A stretch of DNA of 64,000 nt, from positions 637,614-701,613 of the forward strand of contig NW_003314334.1 of the NCBI RefSeq assembly GCF_000143415.4, read 5' to 3'. Below are positions 36,342 to 52,194 of the stretch, piece by piece; within the stretch, counting starts at the first letter, position 1; every line of letters starts with the position of its first letter. The translations under genes and the position numbers were made by a program. The notes beneath the pieces are model-generated. The model did not search any database. It saw only the letters and a list, made by a program, of their open reading frames with translations, and was not told the origin of the DNA. Source of the stretch: Selaginella moellendorffii (Eukaryota; Plantae; Lycopodiophyta).

Positions 36342-38571
36342 ATGGCGAGCTCGACATTTATGATCATGAGCAGTCACGGGCATTTGAATTTCTCCAGGCT
36401 TTTCGCTCGTCAAGAGCGATGGAAAGGCTCGTACTACGATCACAGGTCCACACGACGAGGTCTGTCAGCACGATCGAGCTCCAAATGCTATGACGAGCAG
36501 TCGAGGATCTTCCACAGCCAAAGGCCAAGCTTGGACTTCTCAAGGAATGATGGTATCACTGACATTGCGAGCTTCGTCTTCTCAAAGAAGAAGAGCTTCT
36601 CATCCAGAGTGTCGCTGATCGATGGAGTTTCCGGGCGAGAGCTCACGTATGGCGAGCTCGAGAGGCTCGTCTTCAAGCTCGCGGAGGGACTCGTTGATCT
36701 TGGTGTGGAGCACGGCGACGTTGTCATGCTCCTGGCTCCAAACTCGCTCTACTATCCTGTTGCGCTGCTCGCTATTTCTTCCATCGGAGCTCTCGCTGCT
36801 ACTCCCAATCCTCTGGGAACTCCCGACGATGTCCGGCACCAAGCGATGCTCACGAGCGTGAAGCTGGTCATGTCCACGCGGGATCTCCTGTTTAAGATCG
36901 AAGGCTTGAGTCTCCCAGCGATTGTCATCGACTATAACAACGATGCTTCTTCCTCTGATCATGGCGAAGAACAACCCAGCGTTGTGCTACTTTCGACGAT
37001 CCTGGAGAAAGTTTCATCGCTCTCCTCCTTAAACTCTGGCAAGAAGAACCGGAGCCTCCATGATCCAGCAGCCGTGCTCTACTCGTCTGGAACCACTGGC
37101 ATGAGCAAAGCAGTGGTGCTCTCTCATGCAAACATTTGCTCGCAAATCATGCAGCTTGCCAGTTCTTGCCATCATCAAGGCCCAGATCATGGAAACATCA
37201 TCGAGCAGGAGGTCCATCTCTGCGCTTTGCCAATGTCTCACATATTTGGCTCGGTGGTGATCACGCTCCAGCAGCTCTACCGTGGAAACCAAACGGTAGT
37301 TCTTCGAGGATTTGAGCTTTCAGGGATGCTTGCTGCGATCGAACGCTACCATATTTCTCACATCTATGTAGTTCCTCCGGTGGTCTTGGCTCTCGCTAAA
37401 ACTCTCCAAAAGGTTTGCAAGCTTTTTTCAAGTTGCTACTTGAATAGATGTTCGTGTTCTTGCAGAACAATGGAAGCTTAAGATATGATCTCTCCTCTTT
37501 GCAAAACATTCTCTGTGGAGCTGCTCCACTAGGCAAGGAATTGATCGAGACGTGCTACAAATACCTTCCAAACACGTCCTTCTCGCAAGTACACTATGAT
37601 CTTGAGAAATCTTGAAATCACAAAGAAATCTCTCATTTCAGATATATGGTCTCACAGAAGTCACTGGAGCTCTCACGCTGATCAAGGATTCTAGACAAAA
37701 TGAGAATCTAGCAGCTTCCGTGGGAACGATGCTCTCGGACATGGAGGCCAAAGTCGTGGACGTGGAAAACAGCGAGCCTTTGCCTCCAAATCACAAAGGA
37801 GAGCTCCTGGTTCGAGGTCCAACAACAATGATCGGTAATATTGCTTCACAAGCTCGCTGAAAACCACTAATTGATCAATACAAATCTACAAAGCTCTCTC
37901 GCAGGCTACATGAACGATCCTCAAGCAACGAGCTCTACCATGAATCCTCAAGGCTGGCTTCGTACAGGAGATCTCGTCTACTTCGACGAGCTCGGGAACT
38001 TGTTCGTCGTTGACAGGATCAAGGAACTCATCAAGTACAAAGCTCTCCAGGTGTGTGATCTCTCAGATCTAGTTCCAAGTCTAAGTCCCAAGTTCTTGGC
38101 TATCCTTCAAGAAAAAACTCTTTTTTCTTGTTTTAACAGGTTGCTCCCGCGGAGCTTGAAGCACTGCTATTGTCACATCCTCAGATCTTGGACGCTGCTG
38201 TGATACCGTATGTGATTTCTTTCCTAAGTTCTTCTTTGTTCTATCATCACCGGGAACAGATTAACACAGTCTGAGAACAAAATACCTTTTTCTTTATAGG
38301 TACAAGAGCAAGGAAACTGGTGAAATTCCAATGGCTTTTATCGTCCCTTCGCTGGATGGCAACTTGACAGAGGACCAAGTGAAAGCTTTCGTTGCCGAGC
38401 ACGTAAGTCACGACTATATAAACTTATAATTTCACTATAGCACTTTCTCGTCTTTTCTATCTTCTAAAGGTTGCGCCTTACAAGCGAGTGAGGAGAGTAG
38501 CATTCACAAACGCCATTCCCAAAACAGCGTCTGGAAAAATCCTAAGAAAAGAGCTCGTAAAGCAACTCTAA
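36342..38571 (+). CDS. 4-coumarate--CoA ligase-like acyl-activating enzyme
   Basis: [12 protein letters not shown] (box I), [70 protein letters not shown] and [12 protein letters not shown]. Confidence 0.93.
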
Positions 38572-38700
38572 AAGTTAAGCAAGTACTTGCAATGCTTTCT
38601 CTCTTTTCATCCCTTTGCTGGGATCTATAAGCTTTTTTACACGAAAACTCTCGCAAAATCCAGACTTATTTATGTATACCGAGCCGGAGATGGATTGGCA

Positions 38701-40450
38701 TCACTTGAGCCATTGTTCTTCGCTTTGCTCCGGGAAATCCTTGGTCGCTGCTCGTCCATTGCACCCTTCCATCGCGCTAGCTTCCGAGTCGGACAGTGTT
38801 GCGTGCTGGAGAGCTCCGGCGATGGCTGCGGTCGTGGGAGATGATCCTGCTGCTGCTGCTGCTGCTGCTGTTGCTGCAAGTGACATGGTTGTGGGAACTT
38901 TGGTGGAGCACGACGAGATCGAAGTCGCGAGAGATATCGGCATCAAGCACAGGCCTTTGCTCTGGAGGTATTGCATCGCTGAGCCCATGTCGTCCTCCAT
39001 GAGACGAGCAACCTGGTGCTCTGTGAGAGCGATACCATCTTGCGGAGAAAGATTCACGGAGATTTGTCGACAAAGTTGTGAAGAAGATACTAGTTCTTGC
39101 CCAGCACCCTTGAAGAAACAAAAAGTTATAGAATAGAACTTGGATAAAAACTGTTTTGATACCTCTAGAGGCAAGTCTGCGACGAGTGGAGCCATGGTTG
39201 CTCCAGCGCCGCCAAGTCTGCTCATGCTCAATACCTGTCAAAGAAAGGTGGTTTTTTAGTCTTAGTTCCTGGAAGAACAAGGGAAGTATATCACTTACCT
39301 TGACTTGGAGCTGCAAAAACTTTACGTAGTCGATGATTTCGTCGAGCATCGAGGCTTTATCAGTCTGTTTATCACGCGAGTATATCAGAGCTCAGTGGAA
39401 GTCATCCAAATGATCATATAAAGAAAGCAAAAAATTTAAGAACTAAAAACCAAAACTGGTGATGGATGGGATATGATCTTACCTTGTTCGCGTTTGGGAC
39501 AAGTTCCTGGAGAGCTTTCATTCTCTCGGCAATCTTCTCTCGGCGAAGCTGCGATCAAAACAGGTGAATCGATCACTTAAAGTGGAAGAAGCTTCTTACT
39601 CTCTCGGCGATGCTGTGGGGATCGGTGGCTTGACCACGGCGAGCTCGCACTCGTGGTCTCGCAGAGATTCCCGCAGGAGGAGGATTTACAGGGGCAACTG
39701 GAGCATTCGAATCGTAAGCTAGTGGAGCCTGAGACCTCTAAACAGCATTGCAAGAGAGAGACAAAAGAAATGCGAGACATGAACTAGAGAGAACCAAAAG
39801 AAAATCTGTAGAAACTCGACTGAATTAAACGAACCTGCTGCTGATCTTGCTGGTGCTTCTGCTGCTGATCGATTTGCATTTGTCCCGCTGCTCCATACAT
39901 CTGCAAAAAACGAGAATTTTCAGTGCTTCCTCCGAAGTTTTTAAGCAAAAGCTAGTTTTTTATCCAAACGATGGAGGAAAAGAGGAACTTTGTTGTGTAC
40001 CTGTTGGAGTTCTTCGTCTCTATATCGTTTCTTGACAGAATTTGGATCGCTGCTCGCTCCCCCATCGCCGAGTTTCGCAAAGCTCAGAGCATTACCAGGA
40101 ACGAAGTGGTGACTCCACGAAGAAACTTGACCGGTGTTGTCGCTGTGATCCAATGTAGCTGCCAATCCTTGGTGGTTTCTTGATCCAGCTTGACTAGTGC
40201 TAGCAGCTCCCCCTCCTCCCACCTGGTTTTGGAACGAAGCAGCAACGAGCATCTCGTTGCTCAGTTGCTGCTGCTGCTCGTCGTGATCCCAGCTCCTTCC
40301 AGCAACACCGTCTTGATCGGGCCAGGATGGGATCGAGATGATGTTCTCTAGGAACTCGTCCATGGAAGAAGAGCTGTGATCCGGGATGCTGCTGCTGCTA
40401 CTGCTGCTTCTGTTCTTCTTGGCGCTTGGAGTGTAGTAGTCGAGCATCAT
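38701..40450 (-). CDS. LRL: LRL-class (subfamily XI) bHLH transcription factor
   Basis: [38 protein letters not shown] and [28 protein letters not shown]; LRL domain [32 protein letters not shown]. Confidence 0.95.
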
Positions 40451-41041
40451 CGCATCATCGACCCCCGATTTTTAAGCTCGTATCATTTGTGTCGGCACTG
40501 GGATCGCCAGGCTGCATAGAAATTCTTAGTCATGAGCGATATAAACAAAAGAATTCCAGACCAGCCAGATGAGAAAAAAGGAGAGAAAAAAAACCAACGA
40601 TCAATCACCACCAAGTGCGCGAGAGAAAAACTTAACTATAGAACACCAAAGACTACACACACACACGCTTTTAGAAGACCAAGTCCGTAGCCAAGACGAA
40701 GAACACACAGTCGCGCACGCACAGGAAAAAAAGAGAGTTTTGACGGTCGTTTCTAACGCTCCATTGAAGTTAAGCTAAGGAACTATAAGAGAGTTCTTCT
40801 TCTACCAGGCAAATGCTTTAATAGATCTTCTTCCAAAGAATGTAAGTACCTTGTCTAGTGGCGAATAACTTCTTTTCTTCTTTCTCGTTGTTCCAGCCCA
40901 GCTCCAACGCTTTTCCCCGGCTCCCCCGCAACATACAAACAACTGTATGCACGCTTTAACACCAAAAGCGGGCACGCCGGACCCATGCAAAAGGGTCCAC
41001 AAAGGAGATTTTTTATCATTTCCTCCTCCTCGTTTGATCGA

Positions 41042-41042
<1 letters not shown>

Positions 41043-41072
<30 letters not shown>
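41043..41072. repeat. (CT)n microsatellite upstream of LRL
   Basis: ctctccctctctctctctctctctctctct. Confidence 0.9.
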
Positions 41073-42684
41073 TTCTATCGGGAGATCTTTTTAAGAAGAA
41101 CTAAAACTCCAATTCCTCCCGTCAGAGCAGCCATTCTTTCTTTTTCTCTCGATCGCACGACGCTTAGCTAGAACTGTCGAGAGAAACCAAAAAAAAAACA
41201 CAAGAAGAAGCCTCGCAACTCAAAACAAACAAAGAACTTGGGGAGCAAGAACCTAGTTCTTGTGTGGCTGGAACCAAGACACCCAAACAAAATGCTTCCA
41301 CCGACACTAAAAACCTCGGCCCTCGACACGGAAAAATTTTAACTTCCGGGATTGAATGTTTGATACTTAGAACCAAGAAAAAAATCCGCCATTGTTTTTG
41401 TTCTTGGGTTGTGTTTGATCTGATAGTGGGAATTGAGTAGAGTGTTGTGCATGGAATTTTTTAAGCTTGGACAGATGGTGGTCGGCCACTCCCTGAAGGA
41501 GTTGTTCATTCCTTGTCATATGTATGTATCTTGCTCGCTCACACAAGATTGTGCAAATTTCTCTCACTTTTTTTTTTTTTTTTTTTTTTTGGCATTATTT
41601 TGCTTCCTGCTGCTTCTGTGTTCTTGCATCATTGAGAAGGGCTGGAGATATCAATTGGCTTGTGACATGCTCAAGAAGCCCTCTTTTTATTTGTGAGTTT
41701 TTTACTAGTCCATCAACTTTTGTAGTTATTTCTTTCAGGTGTTCCAATGGGTGCAATCCTGGTGTTTGCAAGATAGATCCATCAGTCCTTAGCAGAACTT
41801 AGCATAAAAAAACTCTAAAAAACTACGGAAAAATCAATCACTCTCCTGGACTTTGCAAGGTCCCACGGCTCAAAATTCTTGTTGCGCGTACCCTCTCTGT
41901 TCATCAGGTCATGTCTACAAGTCCTCTACACCATGATTTTGTCTTGCAAGAAGCTCCATATACAATACATTCCCAGAGGGAAAGAGGAGAAAACTCATCA
42001 ATCAATATCAATTTCAATGGATTTTGGGGTGGCAAGCTTTCAATGCCCCGAATTTTTTATGTGTCATGTTGGCAGTGGCAACACCATAAGCTACAAGAAC
42101 TTTAGGCTAGAAAAGAAAGGAAGGACCACTCTTCCACACTCATTCCCCATGATTCCAAAGATCAGATCTTTAGGCATGGAAGAAAGAAGGGAAGAGAGGA
42201 CAGAGAAGGAAGAAAACTCCACTCCCTCCCAAAAAGCATAGACTTCATGGATTTGAGTAAAAATTTGGCCTCCAGAGATTCCCCAGGGAGCTCTAGCTTG
42301 TAGTGGTGTCTTATCATTTCATCTCCAAATCCAGGGAATTTGGTTAAGAGATTACTTAAACTAACCTTAAATCCTAAACATTACTAGCCCTATTAACCTG
42401 GATTAACCTAAACGAATCTACTTTTTACTGGAATATTTTCAGGCGGTGCCAGGAATCGAAGACAGGATCCCCTGTACTGGCCGTTGCCCAACGGCTCGCC
42501 CTTTGAATTAACAAAGAGTTTAATTTTTTTAATGGGAAGGCGGGGCGCCAGGATATAGGGGAGGGAGGGAGGCGAGGAGAGGGAAAGGCAAAGCCCTAAT
42601 CGATTCCAATCCTAGCTCGCGGCGGCGCTGTGATCCATTTCAGGGGCGATTTTTTCTCTGCTCTCTCGATCGATCGGAGGCGAG

Positions 42685-44222
42685 ATGGCGGCAGCGAGCA
42701 TTGGCATGATGGATGGCGCCTATTTCGTGGGGCGGAACGAGATCCTGGGATGGGTGAATTCGATTCTGCAGCTCAATCTCAGCAAAGTGGAAGAGGTAAG
42801 AGCTCCGCTCTCTCTCGAATCGATTGGTTGATTGATGATTGATGAAGGAACTGGAGATAGTGTAGGTCATTATTTTAATTTCTCTTTGTTATAGGCTTCG
42901 TCAGGTGCTGTGTATTGCCAGCTGATAGATGCCACGCACCCTGGAGTTGTAGCAATGCATAAGGTTTGTTTTACTATTTGCTACGAGGAATGGATTGGAT
43001 TTATCTTCTTTTTGTGATCTAGGTGAATTTTGATGCGAAGAACGAGTATGAGATGATACAGAACTACAAAGTTCTCCAAGAGGTTTTCAACAAGCTTAAG
43101 ATAAGCAAGGTTGGTTCTCATGCTCGAGTATTCGGGAGTTCACTCTGGAGCTTTTATCTACAGCATATCGAGGTGGCAAAGTTGATGAAGGGACGACCGC
43201 TGGACAATTTGGAGTTTATGCAATGGCTGAAACGTTACTGCGATTCTGTCCATGGAAGACCAAGGTACGTACAATCGCTTAGAGATTTTTCATCAGCTCA
43301 AAAACAAGATTTTTCAGCTATAACGCCGCGGAGAGACGAGAGATGGCGAAGGGAGGGAAGGAAGCGAATCGAAAAACTCTTTCTTCCAGTTCATCTAATC
43401 TAGCTACCTCGAAATCATCTAATAACCTCGCGAAAACACCGGCTAGTGCAATCCGAAAACTGGAGAGTCTCCAAAACTCTGGTAAGTTGATCATCATTCC
43501 AAAACCCATAAAATGGGACTTCACAAACTTGTGAATCTTTTGTGTGCAGCAACGAAGCCTTACAGGCCAGCATCTACACCGGCACCAACGCCACCGCCAT
43601 TAACAGCTCAAGTCCATGCGTTCCACGAGCAAATAACGGAGCTCAAGCTTACAATGGAGACGCTCGAAAAGGAGAGAGATTTCTACTTCTCAAAGCTTCG
43701 CGATATTGAGATACTGTCTCAAACTCCAAGCCTTGCAAACACCCCGGTAAGGTTTTCAGTTTCCTCTCGTCTCTAGAGACCTTTTATGATCAACGTTCGC
43801 AGGTGGTGATGGCTGTCCAAAAGGTTCTCTACTCGGAAGACGATGGTCCCTCGGTGATCGCTCAGGCTCAAGCCATGATCCCGCAGCAGCACTCGACAGC
43901 TCCGGCTGGACCACTGCAAACTCCTAGAAGCGAGAGCGTCGACAATCAGTCGTCGGCGCCAGCGTCCGAGGCAGGAGGTCCGGATGAAGACGATGACGAC
44001 GCCGAGAGGAGACACGCTTCGATGGAGTCAGCTTTGCAACTCGACGATGCATCAAAAACTCCTCAAACAAGACAGGAAGAGCGGCGGAGTTCAATATTCG
44101 ATCTTGACGACTCGATCTATCAGCTGGAAGACTCGTCGTCGTCGCTGCTATCTCCCCAGAGGCCACAACTCTCGTGCTCCACCGAGTTCTTACAGATGGG
44201 ATCGCCAGTAAGCGTCTGGTAG
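42685..44222 (+). CDS. EB1: Microtubule end-binding protein EB1
   Basis: [56 protein letters not shown] and [18 protein letters not shown]. Confidence 0.96.
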
Positions 44223-46319
44223 CACGAGAAAAAACGAGGAAAAATTCATTTTCTTGCTAGGAGTTTTTAGAACTCTTCTGAAATAAGGAAGTCTGTACTT
44301 TGCAGACTTCTCTGACCAGGCGGAAAAATCAATAAAGCGGAGCTTTGCTAAAAACGAGGATGCCAAGTCGTCCATGTAGGTGCCGTACAATCAGCAAACA
44401 TTTGACAGCATTGACCAATTCACAACATGAATTAGCAAGATAGAGATTCGAATAATAGTTTTTATCAACATCATTTTCATTAATGACGGAAATGTAAAAT
44501 TTTGATAGTGGTATAGCATTAAACATAAAATCACAAGCGCTAAAGAAACCTGGGAACCTTTTCTTGGTCACAAGAGAGAAATTCAGGAATTAGGTTTGCA
44601 AGTTTAATTGAAAGCTTTTTGCACAAACTGAGGGAACCGGAAAATTTTGTGGCTATTGTTTTATGTGCTTTCAAGAAGCACATTGTTTCGATTTTAGGGC
44701 TAAACAAAGCTTAATCTTATAAGGAAAAAGAGATTAACGATTTTTTGTTAAAGTAAGTGGTAGTAAATCCTGTTTTTTATTATAGGAAGGATTAATATTA
44801 AACATTTGAAATGACAAATTATATTTAGCCTGAACTTGATTAGATACTAAACCAAATAATTGCCATATTTACATATAAATATTATTAGAATATTCAATTC
44901 TGACTACACAAATATCTGTGGAAGTATGGTCTAATTATAGGTACTTGACAATTGTATTCCCTAATTGAACTGCAAGAAAATAAAAAGGATCTACATTATT
45001 TATCAAACTTTACTTATAAATCCCTTTATGAAAGGAAGTTTAGAAACCTTACATTTATAAAGATGAGTAAGACTAATTTTGATATGAGCAATGTCAAAAT
45101 CAAATAACACATGTATGGCTGTATTAAATATACTAATAATGGAAGAATATAGTATGTAGACATGAAAAAAAAATTGGTCATATGTTTTTACCAAAAATAT
45201 TAAAAGATAGTTGTTGAAGAAATATAACTTCAAATAATAGAAAAAGAGATCAACAATATTGAGAAAAGGACATCTTTTGAGGAGCATGAAATTTAGAATA
45301 ATATAATTTTTAGAAAAGCTAAATAGTTTATGTTTATAAAAGAAAATATTATAAAAAAGAAACTAATAAATTGAGGAGTGTGTGAGAACTTGAGAGTTCA
45401 CAGGCAAGGAACCCTCTATGCAGGCAGTTGAGAGCAGAGAAACTGGATGAAGAAGCAAAAAGATCGCATTGCTTATGTCATGGACACTGGCACTCAATTG
45501 TTGAACAGTTCACAAGAGCAAGAAGTTAGCATATAGCTAATAATGATCAGGCTTTTGCATGGCAACCAAAAGTGTGCAGCGTCTTCACAATGCAGGAAGT
45601 GACCGCAACTGTAGGTGTAGAAGCTCTCGAAGCTATCTTAGCGATCCATGTCTCGTTGAATGGTTTTGCAAGAGAATGTCTAAGCTCCTCCTCTTCTCAT
45701 GATCGCTAGATTATGGTTGATTGAGTAGCAAACATTTTAAGCGTGGAATCCCGACTTTGCTAGTAGAGGCACAAGCGGGACTCAAATCCGGTGATTGACC
45801 TTGCAGGCGGCTAATGATTTTTTCGATCTTCCCATAGAGGTGAGGATAAAATATTTCAGCGTCCCCCAGCTGCTCGAGAGGGTCTTGGATTGGCGACATA
45901 TTTCCTCTTCCAGAGCCTTCGCTATCTTCATCGTGCCCAAGCGATCCTCCACACTATTCCATCGCGACCGGCTGGACCGTTGATCGGCCCTTCCCCGAGC
46001 TTGTCAATGGCCAGGATGGGTCGCATTTCCCCGGGATTACTTCGGTAAGTCTGTTATCACCCAGGTGAAAATGAAGAACCATGGCATTGGTAAGAAAGTT
46101 TAAAAACGATTTCCTTGACCGATAGTTGAGAGGAATGGGTGTATCTGGTGGCTGTCCATAACGCGACAGGATGGACGATGGAGATTCCAAGGCGGGGCCG
46201 TGCATTCTCCCCGTCTTGCGGTGGAGATGCGCCGCGATTCTCAAACATAAGGTCCACCTGACGCCCCGGAAAAAGCTTAGAGAGCTAAGACGAGAAGTTT
46301 TTTAGCTCTTAGATAGGCT

Positions 46320-47945
<1,626 letters not shown>

Positions 47946-48529
47946 GGCAATCGAATGGAGGGGATTTTGTTTCTCGGTTTGCCTTCTTCACCCCAGCAGA
48001 GACCCCAAGAACGAAAGAAGGTAAACCAATGCACTTACCAAAGACTATAATAAATAAAATCAAATTGAGAATACTTATATACTCGTTTATGACCTTCAAA
48101 ATTTGAAGTGCTATGGAAATAGGGTAAAAAGACCATTACTGCATTTCTCACCTCATAACTGATGGTGTCCCTGCATAAGAATTGTGCACCTATCACTTGT
48201 AATCATGACTGAATTTATTCATTTGTATTCCCTGATATTTATAATATAAACAGCTATCTATCTATCTATTTAATCATAAATTAGTATTGTGTTTCTATTA
48301 AGTCACTATGTATAATTTAGTATCTAAAATATTTTCACAAAAGGCATTGAATTACAAGAAAATGAAAAATCCAATAAAAGTAAAACCATAAATATATACA
48401 GGTAAGATATTATTAGCTAATTTTAGAGATTATATTTAACTTATCTATATAAGAAGTGAGATTATATGTATATTATATTAATGTCATGTTGTTTCCAACA
48501 CCAAAGCCAAAGTATTGGGAATCCCTCCC

Positions 48530-49000
48530 TCACGTCGGGCACATTCGATCGAAGAAAATAGGCCGCGCAGCCCTCACGAGATCCACCGGGAAATGCCGCT
48601 CTCTAGCCCTGTGATCGCCCGACATTGCGCGGGCGATTTGGATCTTTCCCAGATGGCTGCAAGCCGAGAGGATGGTGATGAACGACACAGGATCGATCCT
48701 CACTCCACCATCGAGCGTGGCCTCGTGGAAGAGATGGATGTCTTGCTCAGTTTGGGCATATGCTTCCATCACGCAAGATGCGATCGTTTGACAGCGTCCC
48801 GCAGGAGAAGTTCTGGACGAGTTTGATGCACGATTACGCTCGCAATGGCCGCGTGATCGAGGCTCGAGCTGTGCCCGACACTATTGTTGTCCACGAATCC
48901 AAGTCCCTCGTCACCATTGTCTCAAACACACCTCGAGCCTCCACCAAATTCCCGATTTGCATGAAAGCTCTCACCAACGCAGTTGATAGTATTGAGGTCA
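48530..49000 (-). pseudogene. PLS PPR gene fragment
   Basis: STALVRAFMQIGNLVEARGVFETMVTRDLDSWT and EAYAQ...LFHEATLDGGVRIDPVSFITILSACSHLG in disrupted frames. Confidence 0.8.
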
Positions 49001-49059
49001 TTGGCTTTCTTTTTTCTTTGATTTTGGCTTCCTTGCCCAAGTCCCTCCGAGCTTGCTTG

Positions 49060-49235
49060 TGTCCTTACAGACACGAAGCATCGAGCTGTAGAAGACAGGG
49101 TTCTATGCCAAAAGAGCTCGGGGTCCAAGGAATTGGATTTAGAAAAGAAGGTCATTTGAGTATATGCGTGTCTACAATTGTTATCCTTACTGAGGAAGGC
49201 ATGGGATGTGGACTCCTACACTCAGAAGCTAAACA
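49060..49235 (+). pseudogene. Small NUP107-derived fragment with an internal deletion
   Basis: gaagcatcgagctgtagaagacagggttcta (source ~12752-12782) joined to gtccaaggaattggatttagaaaagaaggt (source ~13077-13107) and following sequence to ~13193. Confidence 0.88.
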
Positions 49236-49239
49236 CTCC

Positions 49240-52180
49240 TAAACTAGAGATAACATTAGAGCTACTTTCTAAAAAGAAGATAATGAAGAGAAGTACATTT
49301 GCAAATGCAATAGTAATAACTTCTATGACATTGCATAGTCCATCTCCTAATGTGTTTCAACTAAGAAAAATCCACATTTCCAGTTATATCAATCTAACAC
49401 AAAATAATAATAACATATAGTAAATAAGAAACTAGATTATTTAGTTGATAATTCAATTCATGATGAAACAAGATATATACCCAAAGTAGAGTTTTAAAAA
49501 TTATTAATAAAATTATAAGACAATAGCAAGTTTAAGCCAAGTTGAAGATGAATCAATTGTGCTTCAAGGATGACAATGAGAAAGTTCCAACTTTATTTAA
49601 GTATCTAGCTTGGATTAATTGCAAAACATAAGTTAACTTTAGTTATAAGTTTATGAATTGTTGTTATTACTAATTTTTATAAGTACTTTTATAGTACTTT
49701 CTTGCAAAATTCAGGTTGAAATCATCTTTGGAAAAATTTATCATACCATTCAGATTTATAAGTGCTTAGCAAGAAACTAAACTATATATAAAAGTATTGT
49801 TTATATATATATATATAATTAAAAACTTGAAGGATAAACCAAGAACTATTTGAATTTTAAAACTTACATATATCAAACTCATATCTAGTACTAAATGTAT
49901 TCAATCAAGTTATTAAAAGAAATAATGAAAACAATTTAATTAAAATACTTGTAAAGATGAATAATAGTTTTCTCTAAAGATGAATTCAATTTCATTCTTG
50001 GATTTTTAGGAAAATATCATTATAAATATATTCAATAGTGTTAAAATTATTGTGGATGTGCTAAAGGGAGATGACGGTGCCACTAAAAGATGCAAATAAA
50101 TGATACACTAATATATGTAATGAGTTTTTTTGTGAAAGAAATATCCATCAAAACATAAAAAATTCACTAAAATTGTTATATGATTACATTCAACAACATT
50201 TAATTTACTTAATAATAGTGTTATTGATTTTTATTATTTAATTACTCAATGAGATAACGTGGCTCAAAGAGATAGTGAAGAAGATAGTGCAACCATAAAA
50301 AAAAAGGATTAATTAATAAAGGGAAATATTTTATGAGGGAAACATTTATTGTTGTTATACCACTTGCAAAAAATAGTGATATGTTATTTATTGTTACTGA
50401 TGGTGCCAATGTTTAAGTAAGTGATACTCTTCATATATATGTTTAAATTTTATGATTTATAAGTGATAATTTAGTGAATCCTTTATCCCCCTCTTTTGAT
50501 ACTCTTAGGACTTTCCACTCTCAATTCGATTATCATAGTGAAGTGGAGTAGTGATTATAATAATTTTTACCACTTAATTATTATTTTTTAAAGTTTTTTT
50601 TTTGTTTTTGGGCTCTTCAAAGTGATTGCCAAGTTTTTTGCTAAATGAGGATGAAGAATCATAATACTATATTCCTTGTTAAGACCACTTTTGATGTGAA
50701 TAGTGAAAAAAAATCTAAAAGTCCTATTACCCAACTTTTAAAGTTTTAATTATAAATAATTTAAATAACTGGAAAAAAAACGTGAAAGAACTCATATTTC
50801 ATAATATACTAATATATGGAGTTTTGTAGGCTAGCGGATTTGTGTTCATTATTGCAATATTTAATGCACACTTTTAAATATGATTTATATGTAAATTGAA
50901 TTAAAAAATGATATAAATGATGGTTTTCATGTTTTTCAAATTATTTTTTCTATCATATTTAATTGAAATGTTAAAATTAAAAGAGAGAGTGGGTATGATT
51001 GCATTTACAATTTTCATTATATTATTTGAGTAAATTATATTTTTATATACCATTGATATTAACAATTTTTTTGATCTATTTCAACACTAAACACATATAT
51101 TTTTTAACAATGAAAACACTGAAACATGAATCTTCTGGTTATGATTTCTTTCAATGCTCTCCTCATTTGTTATTTTTATGGCGCTAGCAATATTTTGCTA
51201 TAGAGTAAATTTAGTATGCAATGGTATTTAGGGGTATCACAAAGCTCAAATTAATAGTCAATAAGCAACCAAAATCAATCTGGATAATGTTAAAATCTTT
51301 ATAAATATATTAAAAAGTGTTAAAATTATTGTAAATATGCTAGAGGGAAACACTACTAATAATGCCACAAAGGGATGCAAGTGAGTGACATATTAATGTA
51401 TACAATAAATTTTTTTGTGAAGGAAATGTTTATCATAAAGAAAAAATTTCACCAAAATTATTATATAATTGTATGCAACAATAAATGTTAGTGTTTAATG
51501 AGATAAGATCATTGAGTTGGCTTGAAAAAGAAATAGTGTAGCCTTAAAAGAAATGATAGATTAATTAATTAACGGAAATATTCATTTAATGACTTATGAA
51601 GAAAATTTTTGTTGTTGTTATGCCACTTGTAAAATATAATAGTGTGTTATCTATTACAATTTATGGTGGCAATATTTAGGTAAATGGATGCTTTCACATG
51701 ATGTTCAAACTTTGAGATTTATAAATGACATTGCAATAAAATAAAATAAAAAATAAAAAATTTATCTTCCTTTTTGTAATATAGTGTTGACGTTAGTTCT
51801 TGTATAAACAAATGTAATATTTAAATAACGTGCACAAGCATTTACCCATCATATATTAGCACTGATATCAATTTGATTGAAGAAATTAGATAAGACAAAA
51901 TAGTTAAGATATATAAAAAATAAAATAAAAACTCAATAGTTGAATTCCAAGAACTAATTGAACTTAAAATTTTAAGTATTTCAAGCTTATATCCAATATT
52001 CCAAGGGATCATGCAGCTTTTAGAAAAACAAAACTTAATTTTTAAAAAAAGAAAGAAACAGTAAAACAAGAATATAAAATATATATTGGTTTAACAAAAC
52101 ACATCTTATAGTAGAAAAAATTATTTTAAAAACAAAAACTACCATTTATATCATTTTCAACTCAATGTATATGCAAATTC
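49240..52180. repeat. AT-rich fossil repeat region with an internal ~450-bp direct duplication (~50020-50470 and ~51298-51730); possibly a decayed DNA transposon
   Basis: Shared blocks tataaatatatt...agtgttaaaattattgt, aatgagataa, gattaattaat and ttgttgtt...ccacttg; weak LFIVTDGANV (hAT-like). Confidence 0.55.
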
Positions 52181-52194
52181 AGATTTAATGCCCT

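Noticed and set aside
40569-42241. Short ORFs between LRL and EB1, and poly-T at ~41568-41590
   Set aside because: Low-complexity promoter or UTR-type sequence with no protein motifs.
45400-46257. Minus-strand exon-like ORFs upstream of TPI
   Set aside because: No recognisable family and the frames are interrupted; it may be a pseudogene but I cannot support it.
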